From the NCBI GenBank assembly GCA_030645735.1, contig JAUSNP010000004.1:10739-74738 (forward strand): 64,000 nucleotides of DNA, written 5' to 3'. The notes under the pieces are model-generated. The model had not been told where the DNA came from, ran no database searches, and was given only the letters and a program-made list of their open reading frames with translations. The translations under genes and the position numbers were made by a program. Numbering within the stretch: position 1 is the first letter of the stretch; the number at the start of each line of letters is the position of its first letter. Source of the DNA: Candidatus Moraniibacteriota bacterium (GTDB lineage Bacteria; Patescibacteriota; Minisyncoccia; Moranbacterales; UBA2206). Below are positions 9,201 through 21,200 of this stretch, piece after piece.

Positions 9201-10784
9201 ATAGCTATTATATGATTCATGGTAACCTGAAATTATCTCAATCGTGTCCTCTCCGTTAGAGTACGCAATATATGGATTACTAGGACTAGTCAAAGACGGA
9301 TCAAGTCGATAGACTTTACCCTCGCCTTTGGCATATTCCCATTTAGTGTCCGTGCCGGTGGAAGACAAAAACATCCCGTCTGTTCCGTTGGAATTGGTGC
9401 TGTCAAAGAGTCCATTTTCTAAGCGCATATTGCCGGCGATGTGCAAAGCTTCGGTTGGACTGGAGGTTCCAATTCCAAATTGTTTGCTGGCGTTGTCCCA
9501 GAAAAGACTGGCATCCGCCCCAAAGGTTCCGGCATTGTTAAATTGCAACTGACCAATGGAACCGCCTGGTACCGCATTGACACTAGCCCAGCTCAAGTTG
9601 CCATCACCATCAGTAGTCATAACTTGATTAGGATTGCCATCCACCGCTGGCAAGGTATAGGCGCCGGCAATGATGATTGTTTGTGTATGCAAAGTTCCTT
9701 GCACTTCAGCGTCATGGGAAATGACTAGATCACCAGTGTTTGTTAGGCCGTGATTTGAATTGTTCTCACCAATGAAAATCGGTGAAGCGCCAATCAAGCG
9801 ATGGGTATAGATCGTGTTCCAGCTTTTGTCAGAGTTGCCGAGATTGTAGGAGAGGTTGTTGTCTGGGATGATGTCCTTGGTGGTAGTGGTGCCTTCGACA
9901 GTCAGGTCAGCCTTGTCACCGGACAGAACAAGCGCGCCACTGACTTCTCCGCCAGTATTAGACAACTTAGTTTTTACATCCGTAGCCAGTTGTGTTGAGG
10001 CTTTATCAATTGATTGGGAGAAATCTTCTTTGACTGTGGAGAGATCGGCGGATAAATTGGAGTTAGAAGATGAGATTTCTTTAAATAGATTACTTTTGGT
10101 ATCGCGAATAGCCTTACCTAGAAGACCTGTTAAGGAAGCTTGCTGAGTTGAATCGTCATTAGAACTAAAGACACTTGCTATTGCCTCTCCAATGGGAGCA
10201 TAGGCTTGTGGATAGGCAAAAGCTGAGAAAGAAAACAATAGGAAAAAGACCAGGAAAGCTGAGTAGAGGATTTTTTTAGTTAGATGACTAATTGAGTCTT
10301 GGTATTCACCGATGCCTTTTTGGTACAAGCGGACAAAGAAAAGAACTAGCGAGCCAGTTACGGTTAAAACACCGATGTAGGCCATTATGATGAAGGCGTC
10401 GTCGAGGGAAAGACTGGTTACGAAGTGGAATAGTGGATAGATTAAGAAGAATACCGGTTTCCATTCAGAAGGGAAAAAGACTATAAATAGGATTAGGAAA
10501 GCTAGGGAGATTTTGAGAAAGTTTTTTAGAAAAACATCATTCTTTTGCATCAACACATACATGGCGTGATCCTGCTTGTCTTTCAGATACATCCACAAGG
10601 CAAAGCCGATTATCAATACCAACGGCATCAGAGCGATAAAGGTGACAATGAAGTTGGCAAAAAACTCAAACTGCGCCAATGAGCGCAAAATGACAAATTC
10701 AGCAAAGACTACGAAGATTAGGAAACGGCTTTTGTGTAAGTTTAATTTTTGTAGAAGTGAATATTGTTCGATTGCTTCGGACAT
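6285..10784 (-). CDS. Giant surface protein 1 (1499 aa). It has an N-terminal multi-TM anchor and G/N/S/T-rich beta-helical repeats, and ends in the conserved C-terminal module shared with the other two giant proteins.
   Basis: A long uninterrupted ORF. N-terminal hydrophobic helices. Four internal repeats of the ...TSAK(S/T)GDLINANMAVGTGSFTGDFLDFNVNS... type. The C-terminal roughly 330 aa is almost identical to the C-termini of the ORFs at 18281-24610 and 24875-32218. Confidence 0.8.
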   Translation of the reverse strand: MSEAIEQYSLLQKLNLHKSRFLIFVVFAEFVILRSLAQFEFFANFIVTFIALMPLVLIIGFALWMYLKDKQDHAMYVLMQKNDVFLKNFLKISLAFLILFIVFFPSEWKPVFFLIYPLFHFVTSLSLDDAFIIMAYIGVLTVTGSLVLFFVRLYQKGIGEYQDSISHLTKKILYSAFLVFFLLFSFSAFAYPQAYAPIGEAIASVFSSNDDSTQQASLTGLLGKAIRDTKSNLFKEISSSNSNLSADLSTVKEDFSQSIDKASTQLATDVKTKLSNTGGEVSGALVLSGDKADLTVEGTTTTKDIIPDNNLSYNLGNSDKSWNTIYTHRLIGASPIFIGENNSNHGLTNTGDLVISHDAEVQGTLHTQTIIIAGAYTLPAVDGNPNQVMTTDGDGNLSWASVNAVPGGSIGQLQFNNAGTFGADASLFWDNASKQFGIGTSSPTEALHIAGNMRLENGLFDSTNSNGTDGMFLSSTGTDTKWEYAKGEGKVYRLDPSLTSPSNPYIAYSNGEDTIEIISGYHESYNSYESNDPAFGGISAFIFLPSDRNTPAIATTTSNGNTAQEIEATIPYTHRIKIVGSRDTFNSAERLILTFGNDGSIGGGRSLSGLYEDTNGFDGAVIIQNPIRNAITVTYDGPDSDYGQWQYDYPFAFFAYENGDGWGNDPSLNSSGWMTRYSLSEAQYNAVSGLGYNNNFYYGDGSYINTEIGKNGNGFYLNYNDPNDNIDGNAFNVQGNGWGLGTFEYSGNYAAPVLSLVSYNAGNSNNAPLITGISYSITSNNLIGLTQSNSAFSGDGINMNFGGGSGSFTGDFLDFNNGNVGVNPKVFQVSSSGDTYINSAGSYALRATDANLMEGNGIIESIVSYGNTAYYAQLGADVPAMYVYDTASASNNTFNTYHSTSAKTGDLINANMAVGTGSFTGDFLDFRKNNVASFTVGHSGELRITPNTDTGSDPLYVTDGGFTTDDSTVAYLYATGGNDDLKLYQQDNNRFIFGYDYGSTTANSLYFIHNTSAKSGDLINANMAVGTGSFTGDFLDFNVNSDSVFKVRNDGGVEINDSAGNVGVWVTESGGAPAFYATITGAGYGLYIDDSDSTSDESIYVSHNTSDKTADLFHADMASGTGSFTGDFLDFNVNSVNKFKVGATGQALASDGFIQKTNAGACTDLTFTTATDGLTCLDTTLGTERLYFRTGGTWSYIAKTGGFQIPNYEVAPLNQLSKNTLKGVTPNELTHFQNYLTQQITPGELLIPYADSTLQDGAIHGLYARFADVKNQMFQEEKTQIENLNLQLTGNISTVTDLKNSVNTQLGSIEKNLTTITNNQDTFTKQVANINTQINAQTQSIASLQALTDILQQQITALQSQIATPVNIAQIDANTQSIDYLNQLLGITDTSKAGDITIVGKLTSQITETGLLTIAVNDKTAATIGEAVIVADKSVVVVKTSAVSADSKIYITPIGSTDNQVIYVKNTDIGKGFEVGVDRLDAILAPKEINFNWWIVAEK

Positions 10785-10875
10785 AATATGTGAGTGTTTT
10801 TATTTTTATTCTTATCCTATTATACCACAGAAAAGAGATGTTGCGGATGTGGATAACTTGGTTGTGTGAGAATCA

Positions 10876-10903
10876 AAAAAGCAGACATGGAAGTGTCTGC
10901 TTT
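10876..10903. terminator. Bidirectional-looking intrinsic terminator downstream of rplY
   Basis: aaaaaagcagaca-tggaag-tgtctgctttttt gives a perfect 7-bp stem with a flanking A-run and T-run. Confidence 0.6.
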
Positions 10904-10933
10904 TTTGGTTCCAATTCAGAAAATATATCTGAT

Positions 10934-11599
10934 TTATTTCTTGTCTTTCTTTTCCTCCACTGGAGCTTCTGGCTTAACTACACCCTCAACCTTAGTTACA
11001 TCAGCCTCGACTTTTTCTTCAAGTGCGGCTAGATCCTCTTCGGTTCGTGGCGCAGACACAAGCGCAACAACGGTTTCTGGGTCAAGTTCAATTTTCACCT
11101 TGGCTGAAACCTTCAAATCCTTGATAGTGATATGATCTTCAAATGTTACAATCTTAGAAATATCTACATCAATGTGAGATGGCAAATCAGATGGCAAACA
11201 TTTCACCGTAACCTTGTCGATGCTCTTAACAAAGATTCCACCCATTGTTTTCACAGCAGGAGCTTCGCCAATAAACACCAATTCAACTTCAGTTTCAATT
11301 TCTTCATCCATACGAACTTGGAAAAAATCAACATGCGTGAATTTCCCAGTCACGCCATTCTTTTGAATTTCATGAATCAAAACATTGCGGTCATCCTTGC
11401 CATCAATTTTCAAATCAATGATGGTGCTTTCTCCAGATTTTTTCAACAATCTTTTCAAATCCAAGGCATTCACCCAAAGACTAGTTGACTCAACACTGTG
11501 TCCATAAACAACAGCTGGCACTCGTCCTTCTCGACGACCCACATTCACTTTTCTGCCTCGTTCAGCTCGCGCTGTCGCTTCCAATAAAACTTTCTCCAT
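10934..11599 (-). CDS. rplY: 50S ribosomal protein L25 / general stress protein Ctc
   Basis: The N-terminus is ...LEATARAERGRKVNVGRREGRVPAVVYGH.... Overall length and architecture are typical of L25/Ctc, with a C-terminal charged tail. Confidence 0.85.
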   Translation of the reverse strand: MEKVLLEATARAERGRKVNVGRREGRVPAVVYGHSVESTSLWVNALDLKRLLKKSGESTIIDLKIDGKDDRNVLIHEIQKNGVTGKFTHVDFFQVRMDEEIETEVELVFIGEAPAVKTMGGIFVKSIDKVTVKCLPSDLPSHIDVDISKIVTFEDHITIKDLKVSAKVKIELDPETVVALVSAPRTEEDLAALEEKVEADVTKVEGVVKPEAPVEEKKDKK

Positions 11600-11630
11600 A
11601 AATATTACATCCTACCTGAACCCGCCCATG

Positions 11631-11700
11631 CGGGAATTTCCAATTTCCAATTTCCAATTTCCAAACAATTTTCAATGACCAAATTTTCAATGACCAAAAC
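11631..11700. repeat. Hairpin plus short tandem repeats in the rplY upstream region
   Basis: A cccgcccatgcggg hairpin is followed by (TTTCCAAT)x4 and (ATTTTCAATGACCAAA)x2, read directly from the sequence. Confidence 0.8.
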
Positions 11701-11868
11701 TTTTTTAAATTTTGGAGGTTGTAATTTGAAATTTAGAATTTATTTGGTTATTGTATCTTGGTTATTGTATTTTCCGCTTCACGGTTTCCCCTCGGACATT
11801 AAAAAATTAATAACTAAACAAAAATCAGCTTTTTCAACTGTTTTATGATTTTACCAGCATTTAACGGC

Positions 11869-12960
11869 TTAGTCAAGTGTTTTTATGCGCCTTAAATAGA
11901 TACTTTGCACAATTCCCAAAGAAGCCAAAACGGCAATCATCGAACTGCCACCATAGCTCAAAAGTGGCAACGGCACACCAGCTACCGGCGCTACCCCGAT
12001 GTTCATACCCACATTCACCAAAATCTGCAAAAACAGCATAATAGCAATGCCCACAGCCAACAAATAGCCAAAATTATCCCGCGCCAAACGTGCCGTTTCC
12101 TTGATGCGATAGATCAAAATTCCAAACAAAATGATGATAGCGCAAGATCCAAAAAAGCCCAACTCTTCAGCGAAAACTGCGAAAATAAAGTCGGTATGCT
12201 TTTCTGGCAAAAAGTTCAGCTGGGATTGTGAACCATGGCCCAAACCCTTACCCCACATTCCACCTGAACCCACGGCCACCGTAGATTGAATGACATTGTA
12301 CCCGCTACCCATCGGGTCCTGCTCGGGGCTGACGAAATTTATCAAACGATCTTTTTGATAATCCTTCAGCACAAACCAACCCGAAGAGGCAGTTACAACC
12401 CCCACTAATAGCAGAGCAAAAAAAACTTTTTTAGTTATACCAGACACAAATAGCATCCCCAGCCAGATGCCCATAATAACTGCGGCTGAACCAAAATCCG
12501 GTTGCTTCAAAATCAAAAAAACTGGAATGGCAATCAAAATTATGGACGCAATTGTTCTGACAATCACGCTTAGATGAGTTTTCTTTTTGGACAGGAAGCT
12601 AGCCAAAAAAATTATGACAATCAGTTTGGTTATTTCCACTGGTTGAATATTGAAGGCGCCCACGCCAATCCAGCCCGTTGTGCCACGCACTGTAGTTCCC
12701 CACAACACTAGCACCAGCAAAATTCCAATGATGCCAAAATATAATTTAGTGCTATATGAATTGAGCGCGCGATAATCAAAAAATGAAAAAAACATCATCA
12801 AGGCCAAGCCAATGCCAACTGACACTAATTGCTTTTGAAAGTGATTCATTTGAGCGCTATCTTCGATTGAAGAAATGGTGTACAAAGTCACCAAGCCAAC
12901 TGCCAGTAACAAAAAAATGGTGATCGTTAGCACCCAATCAAGTTTTAAAAAATTTCTCAT
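11869..12960 (-). CDS. SEDS-family peptidoglycan glycosyltransferase (RodA/FtsW/SpoVE)
   Basis: About 10 TM helices. Conserved SEDS segments include ...NFLPEKHTDFIFAVFAEELGFFG... and ...GVPLPLLSYGGSSM.... Confidence 0.9.
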   Translation of the reverse strand: MRNFLKLDWVLTITIFLLLAVGLVTLYTISSIEDSAQMNHFQKQLVSVGIGLALMMFFSFFDYRALNSYSTKLYFGIIGILLVLVLWGTTVRGTTGWIGVGAFNIQPVEITKLIVIIFLASFLSKKKTHLSVIVRTIASIILIAIPVFLILKQPDFGSAAVIMGIWLGMLFVSGITKKVFFALLLVGVVTASSGWFVLKDYQKDRLINFVSPEQDPMGSGYNVIQSTVAVGSGGMWGKGLGHGSQSQLNFLPEKHTDFIFAVFAEELGFFGSCAIIILFGILIYRIKETARLARDNFGYLLAVGIAIMLFLQILVNVGMNIGVAPVAGVPLPLLSYGGSSMIAVLASLGIVQSIYLRRIKTLD

Positions 12961-12963
12961 ATT

Positions 12964-13797
12964 TTATAAACCAGGTACAAAATATTGTTTAGTAAAAGTT
13001 TCCGATTCAAAAATATTAACTCCCGTCTGCACTTCCACATTCATAACTTCACCAGGAAATCGGTTGAGCCACAAGGCTCGAAAATCTCGATTTTCACCAG
13101 ATTTCACCGTATTCATTTCCGTTGAATTCAAAGCAATCACACTGTCGTTGGCATCTTTCAAAATCACATCCAGTCTGATGGTATTGAAATTGAATGAACT
13201 TTCATTTTTCAATAGCCCCTTAACTTCGCTAAAGCCGATACCGGAATTTATTTGACCATAAGTCTTGTTAACAATTTTCAGCTGTGGTCTTTCATAATAA
13301 TTAGCAAATTCTGACCATTCTTGATTGAGAATATTGAATTCAACACGACTTGGCACACCAACAAATTCTACATTATTCTCTACGACATATTTACTTTCAG
13401 CTGGCAAAATATAGCTGACGCCTTTTTTTGTTGTCACAACCGAACCCGCTGCATCCAAAATTTTGAATTCATATTGAAATTTTTTGCTGCCAAAAGTTGC
13501 ATTTGGATTGGACACGCGGGCATACAAATCAATCTTGCTAGCCACGCCACTTTCCACAAAGCCACTCTCTTGGCTGGTCAAATTTTGCGCCACAATTGCA
13601 CACTTAGTTGCACACACTCCGCCACAATCAATACCAACTTCATTCTGGTTCTTTTTATTATCAGAACAACTCGGCACTGGTTTTAACCAAGAATATAACA
13701 TAAAAATAAACAACAAAAAAACAGCCACAAAAATGGCTATTATAGTCGCTCGCTTTTTCTGATATTTATCCTCTAAAAATTTATCTAATATTTCCAT
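12964..13797 (-). CDS. Membrane-anchored hypothetical protein (single N-terminal TM helix, Cys-rich segment)
   Basis: A 277-aa ORF lying 3 nt downstream of the SEDS gene. It has an N-terminal TM helix and a CSDN...CGGVCATKC motif. Confidence 0.5.
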   Translation of the reverse strand: MEILDKFLEDKYQKKRATIIAIFVAVFLLFIFMLYSWLKPVPSCSDNKKNQNEVGIDCGGVCATKCAIVAQNLTSQESGFVESGVASKIDLYARVSNPNATFGSKKFQYEFKILDAAGSVVTTKKGVSYILPAESKYVVENNVEFVGVPSRVEFNILNQEWSEFANYYERPQLKIVNKTYGQINSGIGFSEVKGLLKNESSFNFNTIRLDVILKDANDSVIALNSTEMNTVKSGENRDFRALWLNRFPGEVMNVEVQTGVNIFESETFTKQYFVPGL

Positions 13798-13839
13798 AAA
13801 TCTATTCTAGCACAAATTTTTCCACAAAAAAAGAGCATT

Positions 13840-13957
13840 GTTTTGGCGGCGTCCTACTTTTCCTAGACTGATGCCTAGATATCATCGGGGCTGAAATGCT
13901 TAACTGCCGAGTTCGGAATGGGATCGGGTGTTGCCATTTCGCTAGAACCACCAAAAC
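13840..13957 (-). rRNA. rrf: 5S rRNA
   Basis: The reverse complement reads GTTTTGGTGGTTCTAGCG...CCGAACTCGGCAGTTAAGC...GGACGCCGCCAAAAC. It has terminal helix I pairing and conserved 5S loop motifs. Confidence 0.85.
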
Positions 13958-14394
13958 AATGCTCTTTTTTCGCAGTCCGTAAAGTCCCAAGTCCGTAAAG
14001 TTTTTAAAGTCACATACTTTATGGACTTTTGACTTTATAGCCTTTCGACTCTAGAACGCGTTTATAACTGGTGCAAAAAACAAAAATGAAAAGATCGCAA
14101 TCGCAATTACAGAGAAGATGATGAAGATAAACTTCAAGCTTTCTCCGTATTTTTTAGAATACGATTTCATATTATTATTGTCCATTGTAAATATACTAAT
14201 ACAACTATTTATTCAGTAGATCTTGTGCACTCAGTTGAATTTCGCCATAAGCAAACTTCAACCGAGATAGTTTAGAAACTATTAACCACTAACCCACGCA
14301 TAACGCGTAACGCATATCGTGAAACATATATGAAATACGTTCTACGATTTGCGCTCTACGATCTGCGATTTATTTAAATTTAAGAGTGTAATTT

Positions 14395-17570
<3,176 letters not shown>

Positions 17571-17992
17571 TAAATGGTTAGCAGTTAGTAGTTTCTAAAG
17601 TTACTAACGCTAAACCTGAACTTTCTTACTATTGCAATACCTCGCAATTCCGCTAACCGAAATTACGAAGCTTTTTCTACTTCATTGAATTCTTGCCGTG
17701 AAGCAAAAACCCAACTCCATAAACCTACTGTATTACAACATGTGTTGCACGCATGTTGTAATTAACTAATCACGACTCCTCCGACCTCGTTCCCGCGAAC
17801 TCAAGACCAGACTTGTGTGATAGACCATCGTATTCAGTTGTGAAAGTTCACACTGATGCGGAAATAATAATTTACCGATTCCTTTCGATAAATTATTACC
17901 TCCTCACCAACCAAAATTTTTAATTTGACTGACACCGACTGCGGTCGGTGTTTATTGCCTGGGCGAAATTATAAATTTCGAAAGACAATAAA

Positions 17993-18020
17993 AAAAACCG
18001 CTCTCGCGGGTTTTTAGACA
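17993..18020 (-). terminator. Intrinsic terminator downstream of giant gene 2
   Basis: aaaaaaaccgc-tctc-gcgggttttt. On the minus strand the hairpin is followed by a T-run. Confidence 0.55.
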
Positions 18021-18134
18021 ATAAAAAAGTCTAAAAAATTCACCCGCCGTATTTGTTTGAAACTCTAATGGATACTATCATGTATTATCCTTAAACTTTC
18101 CCCCACTATTTGACTACTTTTTAACAGTATTACC

Positions 18135-18163
18135 ATCTTAGCAATTCCTTGAAAACCTGTCAA
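18135..18163 (-). promoter_or_regulatory. Candidate sigma70-type promoter directed toward the 23S rRNA
   Basis: The minus strand reads TTGACA-17 nt-TAAGAT about 560 nt upstream of the 23S 5' end. It is a single consensus-like match only. Confidence 0.3.
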
Positions 18164-18280
18164 CCCCGCCACAATCGCGACCTGTTGATAACTTTTCAGA
18201 ATACTCATTTAATACCGTTTTTATAGTATAAAGGAAAGAAAAAGCTAAGTCAAGGGTTTTTCCGTGCCCTCGACCTTTGC

Positions 18281-21200
18281 CTATTTCTTATCCACAATCC
18301 ACCAATTTATCTGCAAATCTTCTAGTAAAACCTTGCCAATTTCAATTTTGAAACTTGCGCCTTTTTGAATTGTATTCACCCCAATTTCCACTGGCTTTTC
18401 TGAAGTCACAAAAACTTTTGAGTCAGCACTGATTGCCGTGGTATCCACCTTCACCGAAGTATCGCCAGCTTTGATAATGGCCTCACCAATCGTGGCTGCG
18501 GTTTTGTCATTGACTGCAATAGTTAGTAGACCAGTTTCAGTGATTTGGGAGGTGAGTTTTCCAACTATGGTAATGTCACCAACTTTGCTAGTTGGAGTGA
18601 TGCCGAGCAACTGATTGAGATAGTCAATTGATTGGGTGTTGGCATCAATTTGCGCAATGTTGACTGGTGTAGCAATTTGCGATTGTAGAGTTGTGATTTG
18701 AGCTTGCAAAGTTGTTGCCAGATTTTCTAGAGTTGCAATTCTAATTTCATCATTTGTAATTTGAGTATTGATGTTTGAAATTTGTTTGGTTATTGTATCT
18801 TGGTTATTGGTTATTTCGCTTAGACTTTTTTCAATTGAACCAAGTTGCGTATTGATAGAATTTTTTAGTTCTGCGACTGTGGTGATGTTGCCTGTGACTT
18901 GCAAATTGAGATTTTCAATCTGAGTTTTTTCTTCTTGAAACATTTGATTCTTCACATCCGCAAATCTAGCGTAGAGTCCATGGATAGCTCCGTCTTGAAG
19001 AGTTGAGTCAGCGTATGGAATGAGGAGCTCGCCAGGAGTGATTTGTTGAGTTAGATAGTTTTGGAAATGGGTCAGTTCATTTGGAGTGACACCTTTGAGA
19101 GTGCTTTGGGAAAGTTGGTTGAGGGGGGCGACTTCATAGTTCGGAATTTGGAAACCTCCAGTTTTAGCGATGTAGCTCCAAGCACCACCGGTGCGGAAAT
19201 ACATTCGTTCTACACCCGCGGTGGAGTCTAGACAAATTTGTCCATCAGTGTCAGTGGTGAAAAGGGCGTCGGTGCAGGCGCCGGCGTTGGTTTTTTGGAT
19301 GAAGCCGTCGGAGGCAATGGCTTGGCCGACAACATCAAGCTTGGCAGTTGGAGTTACCGTCCCGATGCCGATGTTGCCGTTTTTATCAACAACACTTAAC
19401 ACGTTACCCACACTATCCTGCCACTCTTGAAGATTAGCTGATTGAGTTGCTGAATTTGCCCTAATGACTAAACCTTTTACCGTATCGCTTGCGGTTAAAA
19501 CATAAGCCCTGACTCCACTAAGTCCGCCTATCGCACCTACACTAAGTTGATTCTGATTCATTACGGTAGACACGAAAGCATTACCGACAACATGCAAATT
19601 GTATGTCGGACTCGTCGTCCCGATGCCGACGTTGCCAGCCGAAGTGTCGACATAAAGTTGATTAGTATTCACGGCAAAATCACCTGCACCGGAAAGACCA
19701 ATGTTTAAATTCGATCCGGCAGTCGGAGAAATGGTAATCGCTCCAGAAGTGGCATCAATCGTGTTTCCATCAATCCTAAGGTTATCAACCGTAAGTTGTC
19801 CTAGTCCTGTAATTGATTGGGCATTTCCAGTGACCGCGCCTAAAAGAGTGTGCGTGCCAAGTCTTAATGTTCCAGATGAAGCGGTAATATCATGATTTCC
19901 CGTTTGATTGAAAGTGAGATTACCATAAGCTGATGGATTATATTCAGAAAGGAAGGGATAAATAAATCCATTCTTTTTATACCATCCCAATTGCCTTATG
20001 TATGTTGTAGCTTCAGTCAAGGAAGTTATTGAATAACGAACACCCTTAATAGCCCATGCTGCTGGATATGGAGCCACATTCGTAACTGGCTGAGAAAACC
20101 AATACGCCTTTGAGGCTATGCTAATATCTTCATCCGCCAATGTTACCCAGGTGTCATCAAATTTTTTAATTTCCACTAAAAGATGCCCACTGATATTACC
20201 ATGAGCCTGCAGAAAAACTCTTTGACTGCCAACATCCGTGTCCGAAGGAATGCTTCCAGTTACTTCAACCACGATTGGTAAGGTCGTATTTGTAATAGTG
20301 GCGTATGTGTCTCCTTGTCTGAAAGCACTACTAACGCTTGAAATAGAACCACTAGAAGTTATAGCAAATCCTTTTGCATCGGCAAACATAAGTTGATTTC
20401 CGATATAGTCATTCATCGGTGGAGTTTGTTCAATTGTCGCGCCACCAAAAGAATTAGTAAATAAATAATTTCCTCCTGAAGTATAAGTCGAACCCCAACT
20501 ACTTAATTTTGATGTTAATGTGGTTCCATTCACATCCAATTTTGCTCCCGGTGCCGACGTCCCGATGCCGACGTTGCCAGAAGAATTAATTCTCATGTAT
20601 TCAGCGGAGAATGGATCGGTAAATCTCAACCCATATGCTCCATCGAGACCTCTAATTTGGCCACCCGATGTCTCTGTTGTGTTGGTTAATAAAATAAACG
20701 GCTCGTTTCCAGCATTACGCCGAAGTCTAATCCCCGCACTGACTCCGTCAATCTGGAATTGAGAAACAGGACTCGTCGTCCCGATGCCGACGTTGCCGTT
20801 TCCATTTATGACCAACGCACTAGTAGTAACACCCGCCCCCGCTGGGTTATAAACTTGCCAACCTAAATAATCACTTTCCGCAGTCGTACTTTCTGTTCTA
20901 TGAAGTTGATATGAGAAAGCACTAGCATTAGATATTACTCCTGTAGAAGGATTGCGGTTGAAAGATAAATCTCCTCCAGTAATGCCTCTTAAATATATTT
21001 GAGAACCTCCAACTGGACCAATTTGAAAATCTCCTCCAGCAATGTGAAGTTTAGACCCAGGCGCCGTCGTCCCGATGCCGACATTGCCGCCATTGAAATA
21101 ACTGTTTCCACCAGTATCCAATCTAATTGTTTGTGAATCTGTAGCATTATAAAAAGCAAATGTTGCACGTGTATCACTTTCTTCATAAATTCCTGCAAGC

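Noticed and set aside
17600-18280. Possible 16S rRNA upstream of the 23S
   Set aside because: No 16S-like conserved sequence, such as the GGATCACCTCCTT 3' end or the 530 loop, is found. The space between the 23S 5' end and the next gene is only about 700 nt.
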